NCBI GenBank assembly: GCA_027314025.1
Contig: DAHVCP010000008.1
Location: forward strand, 40,992-104,991
Length of the DNA stretch: 64,000 bases
Reading direction: 5' to 3'
Source: Acidobacteriota bacterium
GTDB taxonomy: Bacteria; Acidobacteriota; Terriglobia; Terriglobales; SCQP01
Made by a program: the position numbers and the translations under genes. The notes beneath the pieces were generated by a model. It was not told the origin of the DNA. It saw only the letters and a list, made by a program, of their open reading frames with translations, and made no database searches. Positions 8,612-17,079 of this stretch are shown here, in pieces; positions within the stretch are counted from its first letter, which is position 1, and every line of letters starts with the position of its first letter.

Positions 8612-9328
8612 TTAAACGGGCGCGCGGGCGGCGGCCAGAACGGCGTCCAGCATCGCCGGGGTCAGGCGGCCAGTGAAGGTGTTTTGCTGGCTGGGGTGGT
8701 AGCAGGGCAACAACCGCCAGCCATTGGGCAGCCGATAGGCGGCGCCGTGGGCGAAGGGATATTCGGCCGGCCGGGTCAGCAGCCCCAGCTCCCGAGCGGC
8801 GGTCAAAAACTGCGCATGCGCCAGGCGCCCCAGGGTGATGACGGCGCGCACGCGCGTGAGCAAACCCAGCTCGGCGCGCAGGTAGCCGCGACAGTTGGAG
8901 ATTTCCTCCGCGGTGGGCCGGTTGTCGGGCGGCGCGCAACGGACCGCGGCGGTGATGTAGGCGCCGCGCAGCCGCAGGCCGTCCTGGCGGGAGCGGCTTT
9001 CCGCCTGGTTGGCGAACCCGGCGCGGTGCAGCGCGGCAAAGAGAAAGTCCCTGCTGCGGTCGCCAGTGAACATTCGCCCGGTGCGGTGGGCGCCGTGCGC
9101 CCCGGGCGCCAGGCCCACCAGCAGGAGCCAAGCGGCGGGGTCGCCGAAGCCGGGCACCGGATGGGCGCAATACACCTGATCCGCATAGGCACGGCGGCGA
9201 GTCGCCGCCACCTGCGCGCCGTAGGCGACCAGGCGCGGGCACCGGCGGCAAGCAACGATGCGGGCGGTGAGGCGCTGCAACCCATTTGCGCCCGGCGTGG
9301 TACTTACGTCTTGCGCTGGAACGGGCAT
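8612..9328 (-). CDS. Uracil-DNA glycosylase, family 4/5 (UdgB-like)
   Basis: CRRCPRL, GLAPGAHGAHRTGRMFTGD, RCAPPDNRPT, CYHPSQQN motifs. Start at the internal ATG (M71 of the track ORF) avoids overlap with the ferredoxin gene. Confidence 0.8.
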   Translation of the reverse strand: MPVPAQDVSTTPGANGLQRLTARIVACRRCPRLVAYGAQVAATRRRAYADQVYCAHPVPGFGDPAAWLLLVGLAPGAHGAHRTGRMFTGDRSRDFLFAALHRAGFANQAESRSRQDGLRLRGAYITAAVRCAPPDNRPTAEEISNCRGYLRAELGLLTRVRAVITLGRLAHAQFLTAARELGLLTRPAEYPFAHGAAYRLPNGWRLLPCYHPSQQNTFTGRLTPAMLDAVLAAARAPV

Positions 9329-9381
9329 TGGTAGGCGCGGGCCCCCGTCCCGCTGCTGGCGGGGCGTCCGGCTTTGCTTGC

Positions 9382-9428
9382 CGCGGCGCGAAGCGCCGGC
9401 GGTGCGATTGGCGCGGCGCGAAGCGCCG
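9382..9428. repeat. Two identical 17-nt direct repeats (CGCGGCGCGAAGCGCCG), each a 6-bp stem / GAA-triloop hairpin, spaced 30 nt apart
   Basis: Copies at 9382-9398 and 9412-9428, read directly from the sequence. They lie between the ferredoxin stop and the UDG start. Confidence 0.8.
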
Positions 9429-9480
9429 CTTGCGCGCTCAGTCGGGCCGTGGGCACCGTCCGCCCCGGCACGGTCAGCGA

Positions 9481-9753
9481 CTAGCTTTTTTGCGCCGGAG
9501 CGAAGTGAGCGGCGTTTTTTTCCGCGTACGAGGCCCATTTTTCGGGGAGATCGTCAATGGCGAAGATGGCCGTCACCGGGCAGACGGGAACGCAGGCGCC
9601 GCAATCAATGCATTCGACCGGGTCAATGAACAGCTGTTCGGATTCGGCATGGCCGGCCTCGTCCGGCTTGGGATGGATGCAATCCACCGGGCAGGCGTCC
9701 ACGCAGGCGTTGTCCTTGGTTCCAATGCAGGGTTCGGCGATGACGTAAGCCAT
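9481..9753 (-). CDS. fdxA: Ferredoxin (FdxA-like, 2 Fe-S cluster motifs)
   Basis: CIGTKDNACVDACPVDCIHP and CIDCGACVPVCP cysteine motifs. Confidence 0.9.
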   Translation of the reverse strand: MAYVIAEPCIGTKDNACVDACPVDCIHPKPDEAGHAESEQLFIDPVECIDCGACVPVCPVTAIFAIDDLPEKWASYAEKNAAHFAPAQKS

Positions 9754-9785
9754 ATCGAAGAAGACCTCTAGGGCTACCGGTTGGG

Positions 9786-10553
9786 CTACAGGCCCATCAC
9801 GTGATAGCCGCTGTCCACGAACAAGATGTTCCCGGTGACGCCGCGGCCCAGATCGCTGACCAAAAACAAGGCGGCGTCGCCGACTTCCTCGGGCGCCGTG
9901 CCGCGGCGCAGCGGCGCGTGCTCGGCGACGTGGCTGAGCATGCGGCCCAAATCCTTGACGCCGCGGGCGGAGACGGTCTTGACCGGGCCGGCGGAAACAG
10001 CGTTGACGCGAATGCCGCGGGGCCCGAGTTCGGATGCCAGGTACCGCACCTCGGATTCCAGCGCCGCCTTCGCCACTCCCATGACATTGTAATTGGGCAT
10101 CACGCGCGTCGAACCGAGATAGGTCAGCGTGACGATCGCGCCGCCGCGCGGCATGTGCTCGGCGGCGCGCCGCGCCACGGCCACCAATGAGTAGGCGCTG
10201 ACGTCCAGCGCCAAGCCGAAGCCGGCGCGGCCGGTTTGGTAGAACGGGCGGTCCAGGTCGGCGCGGTCGGCGAAGGCGATGCTGTGAATGACCGCGTCCA
10301 ATCCGCCTTCGGCGCCCAGGCTAGAGAAGAACTGGTCCAGGTCCTCGTCGCGGCTGACGTTGCACTGCGCCGTGCGCGCGTTGGCCAGGCCCGCCGCCAG
10401 CTCCTCGGTGGCCGACTTTTGCCGCTCCGATTGATAGGTAATGATCAGCTGCGCGCCTTCCCGGGACAGGGATTGGGCGATGGCGTAGGCCAAGCTCCAG
10501 CGGTTGGCCACGCCCATCACTAGCGCGGTTTTGCCCTGCATGATGGCGCTCAT
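9786..10553 (-). CDS. fabI: Enoyl-[acyl-carrier-protein] reductase (NADH) FabI
   Basis: GKTALVMGVANRWSLAYAIAQ N-terminus; SDR fold with YNVMGVAKAALE catalytic Y/K region; RVNAVSAGPVKT. Confidence 0.9.
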   Translation of the reverse strand: MSAIMQGKTALVMGVANRWSLAYAIAQSLSREGAQLIITYQSERQKSATEELAAGLANARTAQCNVSRDEDLDQFFSSLGAEGGLDAVIHSIAFADRADLDRPFYQTGRAGFGLALDVSAYSLVAVARRAAEHMPRGGAIVTLTYLGSTRVMPNYNVMGVAKAALESEVRYLASELGPRGIRVNAVSAGPVKTVSARGVKDLGRMLSHVAEHAPLRRGTAPEEVGDAALFLVSDLGRGVTGNILFVDSGYHVMGL

Positions 10554-10835
10554 GGCAAGCAGCAGACTACCACATCTGCCCGCCGCCTTTCGCCAGAATG
10601 CCCGCCGCCGCGCGCAGCAGCGGGAAAGCGGGCTTTTGCCAGCTAAGGCTGCGCCGCGGGCCGCCGCCGGAGTGCGTGCATCGGGGCCCGTTCCGGGGTG
10701 CTCGCCGTGGGGCGGCGGCGCGGCTCCTTCCGCTCGCCGGCATTCCGGTGGCCGGGCGTGGCGAAGCAGATTCCCTGGACGATTGGACCGGGCGCGGGCG
10801 CGGTATATTCATTCACCGCCTTTCGGCGATTGCTT

Positions 10836-11837
10836 ATGCGCTCCGCCTTCACCCGCCGTTTCCGCCTGGTTCTTAACCCGGTGGCTTGTCTTGCGGCCGC
10901 CGCCGCGCTGTCCGCCGCCGCCCCGCCGCCGCGGCCCAATTTGCGCGGCCGCATCATGATCCTGGAATATCACCGTTTCGGTCCCAAGGATCACCGCTGG
11001 GTGCGGGCCTACAGCAGTTTTGACCATGACCTGCAAACGCTGGAGGCGCAGGGCTACCGGCCGATCACCCTGCGTGCCTACACCTCCGGTCATTTCGCCA
11101 CCCCGCGCGGGACCACGCCGGTGGTGATTACCTTCGACGACGGCAGCAACAATCAAGTGAAGTTCACGCCCCAGGGCAAGCTGGCGCCGGACTGCGCCAT
11201 GGCGCATTGGCTGGCGTTCAGCCGCCGCCATCCCGATTTCCCCTTTCGGGGCGTATTTTTCGTCAATCCCGGACCGGCCGGCGACTCCGCGTTTGCGCAG
11301 CCGCGCTGGGCCACGGCCAAACTGCGGATGATTGTGCGGCTGGGGGGTGAGATCGGCAATCACACCTTGACGCATGCCAATCTGGGCCGCGTACCGCGGT
11401 CGGCGATCGAGCGGGAGATCGCGCTGGGCCAATACTTCATCGCGCGCGCCCTGCCGGGTTACCAGATCGTCTCCTTTGCCCTGCCCTACGGCGTCTATCC
11501 CAAGCCGCGATCCTTGGCTTGGCAAGGGGACTGGGCCACTTCTGGTTTCAGCCGCCGGCTGCCGCCGCAAATCCGCTGGCATTACCGCGCGGTGGTGAAG
11601 GTCGGCGCCTCGCCCGCGCCGTCGCCGTACGTAGCCGGTTTTAGCCCGCACTTCCTGCCGCGCATTCAGGTCTTTGATCCCAACATCGGCATTTGGCTGC
11701 GCTACTTCCAATTGCACCCCGGCCGGCGCTTCGTCTCCGACGGTCAGGAGCACGCGGTGGATTCGTTGCCGCGGTTCGCTCCCCGTCCCCGGCGCCGGGT
11801 TCAGCACCGGGCTCACGAGCGCGCGGCGAACCCCTAG
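10836..11837 (+). CDS. Secreted polysaccharide deacetylase family protein
   Basis: Signal-peptide-like N-terminus from the ATG at 10836; ILEYHRF and VITFDDGSNNQ NodB-type motifs; GNHTLTHANL. Confidence 0.75.
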   Translation: MRSAFTRRFRLVLNPVACLAAAAALSAAAPPPRPNLRGRIMILEYHRFGPKDHRWVRAYSSFDHDLQTLEAQGYRPITLRAYTSGHFATPRGTTPVVITFDDGSNNQVKFTPQGKLAPDCAMAHWLAFSRRHPDFPFRGVFFVNPGPAGDSAFAQPRWATAKLRMIVRLGGEIGNHTLTHANLGRVPRSAIEREIALGQYFIARALPGYQIVSFALPYGVYPKPRSLAWQGDWATSGFSRRLPPQIRWHYRAVVKVGASPAPSPYVAGFSPHFLPRIQVFDPNIGIWLRYFQLHPGRRFVSDGQEHAVDSLPRFAPRPRRRVQHRAHERAANP

Positions 11838-11991
11838 CGAGGAGTCACTCCGCGCGCAACGCCTCGTTGGGTTGCGCGCCGCCTTCTAGCCCCAAGTCCC
11901 CGCCCCGGCGGTATCGGTGGCGGGTGTAGCAGCCTTCGCGGCCGGGCCGATTCCCTCCAGCGGCGCGGGGTTATCATGATTTGGGCTGGCA

Positions 11992-12306
11992 ATGGCGGAA
12001 AACGTCCTCGACAGCGTTCGCGCGGCCATTCAGGATTTGGTAGCACCGGAGGTGCGCGTGCTGCGCACCGAGGTCGAGTCGGTGGGCCAGCGCGTGGACG
12101 ATCTGCGCGGCGAGATGAACCAGCGGTTCGGGGCGCTGCGCGCCGAGATGAACCAGCGGCTGGAACTGATGGAGAAAACCGCTTCGCTTCGCCATGAGGC
12201 GCTCCTGGCTGCTATCGGCGCCAGCCAGGCCGCCGGCGAGGCAGCCATGATGCGGGAGATCGCCGGCCTGCGCGAGCGCGTTGCGGTCCTCGAATCCCGC
12301 CGTTAG
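11992..12306 (+). CDS. Hypothetical small coiled-coil protein
   Basis: 104-aa ORF with heptad-like repeats (VRVLRTEVESVGQRVDDLRGEMNQRFGALRAEMNQRLELMEK). No family recognised and no strong RBS. Confidence 0.4.
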   Translation: MAENVLDSVRAAIQDLVAPEVRVLRTEVESVGQRVDDLRGEMNQRFGALRAEMNQRLELMEKTASLRHEALLAAIGASQAAGEAAMMREIAGLRERVAVLESRR

Positions 12307-12568
12307 CCGGTTTTCTCGAGTGACGGGTGCGAGCCCCAGCCCCATCTGCGGCGGGGCGTCTCGCTTAACTAACCATCGGTGCGGGCTGGGGCGGGGCCGC
12401 CCAGCGGAGTTCCGCCGGACTCGCTGCCCCGGCTGGCGCACCGCTCGTGGCGCCAATGACGCCCAGGCGCCGCGCGTTTAGATCGAGGGGGCCGGCCCGC
12501 GGACCCACTGCGTCCGCGCTGGGCTGTTTCCGCCGGCATTAGGCGCCGTCCATGGGTCTCCGCCGCGA

Positions 12569-12600
12569 TTGGCGGGACATGCTTCCCTGACTATAGTCAG
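12569..12600 (+). promoter_or_regulatory. Candidate sigma70-type promoter with overlapping palindromic operator; would give a leaderless MarR-GNAT mRNA
   Basis: -35 TTGGCG (12569-12574), 17-nt spacer, -10 TATAGT (12592-12597), ATG at 12604 (7 nt after the -10). A perfect 14-bp palindrome CTGACTATAGTCAG (12587-12600) covers the -10. Confidence 0.45.
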
Positions 12601-12603
12601 AGA

Positions 12604-13509
12604 ATGCGGGCGGAGGTCCTTCAGGTTCGGGCGTTCAGCCGCGCGGTTACACGGCGCTTCGGAGCGCTCGACGAGCAATATCTAGGCCGGCGCCGCCCGC
12701 TGGCGGAGGCTCGCCTGCTCTTCGAAGTGGGCATGCACGCCACCGCCGTGCGGAATCTGCGCGCCCGGCTGGGGTTGGACTCTGGGTTTCTGAGCCGCCT
12801 GCTGCGCTCCCTGGAACGGCAAGGACTGCTGGTGACGGAATCCGCGCGTGATGACGGCCGCATCCGCGTGGCGCGGCTGACGCGGGCCGGGCGGCGCGAA
12901 TTGCATCATCTCAATGCGCTCTCCGACGCGTTGGCCCGGTCCGTCCTGGCGCCCCTGAGCCCGGAACAGGCTCGGCGGCTGGTGGCGGCAATGGCCGAAG
13001 TGGAGCGCCTGCTGTGCGCGTCAAGCATCACCATCACGCCGGCGCAACCCGGTGACCAGGATGCGGCGGATTGCCGGCGGCAATATTTCCAGGAACTCGG
13101 CTCGCGATTCCCGGAGGGTTTCCGCCCCACGGCTGCCCACGCGCTCACGCTGCGGCGGCTGGAACCGCGCGCCGGCCGCGTCTTCGTCGCCAGACTGGCC
13201 GGCGATGCGGTCGGCTTCGGTGCGGTTCGGAGGATCGCGCCAGGAATGGGGGAGATCAAGCATATGTGGATTGCTCCGCGCGTCCGCGGATTGGGCGTGG
13301 GCCGGCGGCTACTGGCGGAACTGGAGCGCGCGGCGCGCCGAATGCGCGTCCGGGTGCTCCGCTTGGACACGCACGCTTCTCTCACCGAAGCGCTGGGGTT
13401 GTATCGCTCCGCGGGCTACCGGAAGATTCCGCGCTATAACGACAATCCCTACGCGCAACACTGGTTCGAGAAGGTGCTGGTTGCATCGGCCCGGCCGGGC
13501 CGGGGTTAG
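12604..13509 (+). CDS. MarR-family HTH / GNAT N-acetyltransferase fusion protein
   Basis: N-terminal MarR-like wHTH (LGLDSGFLSRLLRSLERQGLLV). C-terminal GNAT acetyl-CoA motif (IAPRVRGLGVGRRLLAELERAA). Confidence 0.8.
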   Translation: MRAEVLQVRAFSRAVTRRFGALDEQYLGRRRPLAEARLLFEVGMHATAVRNLRARLGLDSGFLSRLLRSLERQGLLVTESARDDGRIRVARLTRAGRRELHHLNALSDALARSVLAPLSPEQARRLVAAMAEVERLLCASSITITPAQPGDQDAADCRRQYFQELGSRFPEGFRPTAAHALTLRRLEPRAGRVFVARLAGDAVGFGAVRRIAPGMGEIKHMWIAPRVRGLGVGRRLLAELERAARRMRVRVLRLDTHASLTEALGLYRSAGYRKIPRYNDNPYAQHWFEKVLVASARPGRG

Positions 13510-13572
13510 CCCCGTGCCCACACGGCGCGGCGTTGCGCCGGGCGGGCGCCGTCGCGGGAGCATAATGGGGGC

Positions 13573-15585
13573 GTGGCGGAGCTAGCGCAGCGCGAGGTGC
13601 GCCGCCGGCCGGCGGCGGTGCGGTTCCCAGGGCGGGTGTTGTTTTTGGCCGAAGACGCGGCGTTGGTGAAGCGGCAGCTCGCGGGGGAGGATCTTCCCTG
13701 GCCGCCCGCGTTTCCGCTGCGCAACGATATCTCCACCGACGAGATTACCCCCGCGCACATCTGTTTCTATTTCGACCAGACGCTCGGCGACTGGCCCTAC
13801 ACCGGCCTGAAATGCGGCGAGGAGTTTCCCATCCCCCGCAATGCGGTGCGCAACGGCGGCTTCTCGGTTTGCGTTTCCGGCAAACGGCGGGGCAAGGGCA
13901 GCAGCCGGGAACAGTCCCCTTATGCCGAACTCTGCGCCGGCATCCAACTGGTGATCGCGGAAAATCACGAGCGCATTTATAAGCAAAACTGCCAAAACCT
14001 GGGCCTTTTAACCTCGACGGATTTCGGCTTGATCGCCCGCATCCGGCGCGGCGAGGAGATTGCGCTGGCCGAGTTCACCGCCGGAGAAGACGCCATCACC
14101 CGCCAGATCATCGAATATGGCGGCTTGTTTCCCTTCAACGTCGCCCGGCTCCAGGGCAAGGTGGAGCTGCCGGCGATCACCACCGGTCCCCGCGCCATGA
14201 CGCTGGCGGAAAAGATCTTCGCCCGCCACGCGACCGCCGCCGGCGGCCGCATGGGCGTGCCCTACGTGCAGCCGGGCGACGCGGGATTTTTCCGCGCCGA
14301 CCTGCGCTTCAGCCATGAATACGTAACGCCCATGGCGGCGATCTTTTTCGACCAACTAGTCGGGCCCAATGAGCCGGTCAACGATCCCGCCTCGATCGTC
14401 TTTTTCCGCGATCACCTGACGTTCTTGGATGAGGTGATTTCGCCGCAGAAGCGGGCCATGGGGCTGCTCGACCTGGCTACGCAACTGAAGTTCAAGCAAG
14501 AGGAGTTTGCCCGCCGGCGCGGCATCCGCCTGCACGGCGAACTGCGCGATCGCAAGGGCTCGGAGGGCATCTGCCACAGCATCGTGCTGGAGAGCTACGC
14601 GCTGCCCGGCCAGATCGTGGTGGGTTCGGATTCCCATACGCCCCATTCCGGCGCGATCGGCGCGCTGGCCTTCGGCATCGGCACCACGGACGTTTTCAAC
14701 AGCTGGATCACCCACGACGTGCGGGCGCGGGTGCCGGAATCGGTAAAGGTGGTGGTGCGCGGCCGGCCGGCGGCCAACGTGACCGCCAAGGACATCATCC
14801 TGGCGCTGCTGCGGATGGATTACGTCAAGAGCGGGCAGGCCATCGGCAAGGTCATCGAGTACGGCGGCGAGGCGGTCGCGGCCATGAACGTGGACGAGCG
14901 GGCGACGCTGACCAACATGGCCGCCGAAATCGGCGGCTTCACCGGCATCGTCGCGCCGGACGCGAAAGCGGTGGAGTTCCTGATGGAGCGGCGCGGCATG
15001 GCGCGGGCGGAAGCCGAGGCTTGCTGCGCGGGACTGGAGAGCGACGCGGGCGCCGAGTACGCCCAGGTCATTGAGTTGGACGCCGCCGCGCTGCGGCCGA
15101 TGGTGGCGCTGCCGGGCGACCCCGGCAAGGGTGTGTTCCTGGATGAGCTGCCGGCGCCGGTGCGCATCGAGATCGCCTATGGCGGCACCTGCACCGCCGG
15201 CAAGAAGGCGGACATGGATATGTACGCGGCGGTGCTGGCCGACGCCTTGCGCTCCGGGCGCAAGGTCGCCGCGCACGTCAAGTTCTATTTGCAGTTCGGC
15301 TCGCAGGAGACGCGGGAATATTGCCGGCGGCAAGGCTATCTGGAAACGTTCCAAAAGGCGGGCGCCATTCTGATCGAGCCCAGTTGCGGCGCCTGCATCA
15401 ACGCCGGGCCGGGGGCCACTTCGCGGCCGGAGCAAATCGCCATCAGCGCCCAGAACCGCAATTTTCCCGGCCGCAGCGGCCCGGGACAGTTGTATTTGGC
15501 CAGCCCGCTGACGGTGGCGGCCAGCGCCGTCGCCGGCGTCATCACCGCCTGGGGCGGCGCAGCCGCCGCCGGCCAACAGCCATGA
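13573..15585 (+). CDS. Aconitase-family hydro-lyase with permuted order (LeuD-like swivel domain N-terminal, LeuC-like catalytic domains C-terminal)
   Basis: N-terminus ISTDEITPA...GKGSSREQSP resembles the swivel domain. Downstream come MTLAEKIFARH, GSDSHTPHSG, GTCTAGK and PSCGACIN Fe-S ligand motifs. Confidence 0.8.
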   Translation: MAELAQREVRRRPAAVRFPGRVLFLAEDAALVKRQLAGEDLPWPPAFPLRNDISTDEITPAHICFYFDQTLGDWPYTGLKCGEEFPIPRNAVRNGGFSVCVSGKRRGKGSSREQSPYAELCAGIQLVIAENHERIYKQNCQNLGLLTSTDFGLIARIRRGEEIALAEFTAGEDAITRQIIEYGGLFPFNVARLQGKVELPAITTGPRAMTLAEKIFARHATAAGGRMGVPYVQPGDAGFFRADLRFSHEYVTPMAAIFFDQLVGPNEPVNDPASIVFFRDHLTFLDEVISPQKRAMGLLDLATQLKFKQEEFARRRGIRLHGELRDRKGSEGICHSIVLESYALPGQIVVGSDSHTPHSGAIGALAFGIGTTDVFNSWITHDVRARVPESVKVVVRGRPAANVTAKDIILALLRMDYVKSGQAIGKVIEYGGEAVAAMNVDERATLTNMAAEIGGFTGIVAPDAKAVEFLMERRGMARAEAEACCAGLESDAGAEYAQVIELDAAALRPMVALPGDPGKGVFLDELPAPVRIEIAYGGTCTAGKKADMDMYAAVLADALRSGRKVAAHVKFYLQFGSQETREYCRRQGYLETFQKAGAILIEPSCGACINAGPGATSRPEQIAISAQNRNFPGRSGPGQLYLASPLTVAASAVAGVITAWGGAAAAGQQP

Positions 15586-16331
15586 GCTGGGCGGGACGGG
15601 CCAGCGAGGCGGAGTTCCGCTATCGCTTTTATTTTCTTGCGGCGATCTATTTCGCCGGCTTCGCCGTTTCCGGATTTGAGCATCGCCCGACCGCGGTGTG
15701 GCTGGCGGAAAAACTGGCGGGGAGCCTGCGGGCCGCGCCCGGCCGCGCCGAACTGCGAGTGCTGCTGCTGGTGGCGGCGTTGCTGGCCGTCGCGGCCGCC
15801 GGGCTGCGCACCTGGGCCGCGGCCTACCTGAACAGCCAGGTGGTGCACGACCCGCGCTTGCACGGCGAACGCTTGGTCGCCGATGGTCCCTACCGCTATC
15901 TGCGCAATCCCTTATATTTGGGCGGCGTGTTGTTGGCCCTCGCCTTCGGCGCCTACGCCAGCCCGCTGGGATTGTCGCTGTTGCTGATCGGACATGTGGT
16001 GTTTTACGCCCGCCTGATCGCCCGCGAGGAAGAGCAATTGGCGCGGACGCAGGGCGAAGACTTTCTGGAATATCGCCGCCGCATCCCCGCCCTGTGGCCC
16101 GCCTGGCGCCCGCGCCTGGCGGCCAGCGGCGCACGCCCGGCGTGGGCGCAGGCCTGGGCGGGGGAGATGCTGATGTGGCTGTTCGCGGCCGCTTTGCTGC
16201 TGACCGGGGCGACCCTGAATTTCCGCCTGCTCTGGCCCGCGGTCGCCGCCGCCTTCCTACTCTGGTTCGTTTTGGGCCGCGGGTTCCGGCGTGGCCGGGC
16301 CGCCATCGCCCGCGGCCAAGATGCGCCATAG
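15582..16331 (+). CDS. Membrane methyltransferase, isoprenylcysteine carboxyl methyltransferase (ICMT)/PEMT-like family
   Basis: ATGA overlap with the aconitase-family gene; DGPYRYLRNPLYLGGVLLALAF ... EEEQLARTQGEDFLEYRRRIP; several TM segments. Confidence 0.75.
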   Translation: MSWAGRASEAEFRYRFYFLAAIYFAGFAVSGFEHRPTAVWLAEKLAGSLRAAPGRAELRVLLLVAALLAVAAAGLRTWAAAYLNSQVVHDPRLHGERLVADGPYRYLRNPLYLGGVLLALAFGAYASPLGLSLLLIGHVVFYARLIAREEEQLARTQGEDFLEYRRRIPALWPAWRPRLAASGARPAWAQAWAGEMLMWLFAAALLLTGATLNFRLLWPAVAAAFLLWFVLGRGFRRGRAAIARGQDAP

Positions 16332-16552
16332 AGCCGGCGGGTGATCGGCGCGCTTGCGCCTGGTTCCAGGCGGCGCTTTCCGGAGCGCCGCGGGCGCGGG
16401 CCGAAGCCCGCCGCCACACGAGCGGAAGCCCATTCCACGGGGCGGGCGGCGGCCGAGCCGATTGGGCGCACGGGCTCCGGCCCGTTCCACGGGGCAGGGC
16501 GTTTGCCGGCGCGCAGCCAGTCGCCGGCGGGATGCCGGCGGCCCCCGGCGGG

Positions 16553-17002
16553 CTAGAACTGATAGAAGCTCATTTCCTGGTTGCTGTTCTGCACCCACAG
16601 CCGCGCATCGGTATGAATGCCATTGATGCGCACCAGGACCACCATGCCGCTGGCGTCGCCCCCGGGCGGCACGGTGACGGTTTGGATGTTATAGGTCTTG
16701 ATGACGCCGTAGGGACTGCTCGGGCCCCAATCCTGCATGAAGGAGTCCATTGAGTACTCCTGGGGATTGGCTTGCCAAATGGCGTAGGCCTCTTGGTAAT
16801 TTCCCTTCACGAGGGCGGTCATGAACTGATTGACGGTCTTGCGCGCTTCGTAATACGGCCAATACCAATGAATGGCGAAGGCGATCAGGCCGGCTAGCAC
16901 CACGCCCAAGATGATCCAGTTGCGGCGGCGGGCGCGGGCGCGGTCAAACGGCGATGCGTCCATGAGGGTCATTGGCATATTGGCGGCTCCGTCCCCTGGC
17001 AT
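16553..17002 (-). CDS. Hypothetical membrane-anchored protein
   Basis: Single N-terminal TM (WIILGVVLAGLIAFAI), then a soluble domain of lower-GC, coding-like composition. No family recognised. Confidence 0.55.
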   Translation of the reverse strand: MPGDGAANMPMTLMDASPFDRARARRRNWIILGVVLAGLIAFAIHWYWPYYEARKTVNQFMTALVKGNYQEAYAIWQANPQEYSMDSFMQDWGPSSPYGVIKTYNIQTVTVPPGGDASGMVVLVRINGIHTDARLWVQNSNQEMSFYQF

Positions 17003-17079
17003 CGGGCGCGGCCAGGCATCTCCCTAGCAATATAGGACGTTTTGGCCGGTTCGGACGTTTCCGGCGACAATAACCGCAA

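Noticed and set aside
6685-9334. Plus-strand ORFs 6685-7959 (424 aa) and 7823-9334 (503 aa)
   Set aside because: They are antisense to uppS, the wHTH regulator, the membrane protein and UDG. The products are Arg/Gly/Gln-rich with no recognisable domains.
9329-9538. N-terminal 70-aa extension of the UDG ORF
   Set aside because: It is an Arg/Gly-rich segment that overlaps the ferredoxin gene and the 17-nt repeat pair. UDG homology starts after the internal Met.
14356-16419. 687-aa minus-strand ORF
   Set aside because: It is antisense to the aconitase-family and ICMT-like genes. Composition is Arg/Pro/Gly-rich and there are no motifs. Shadow ORF.
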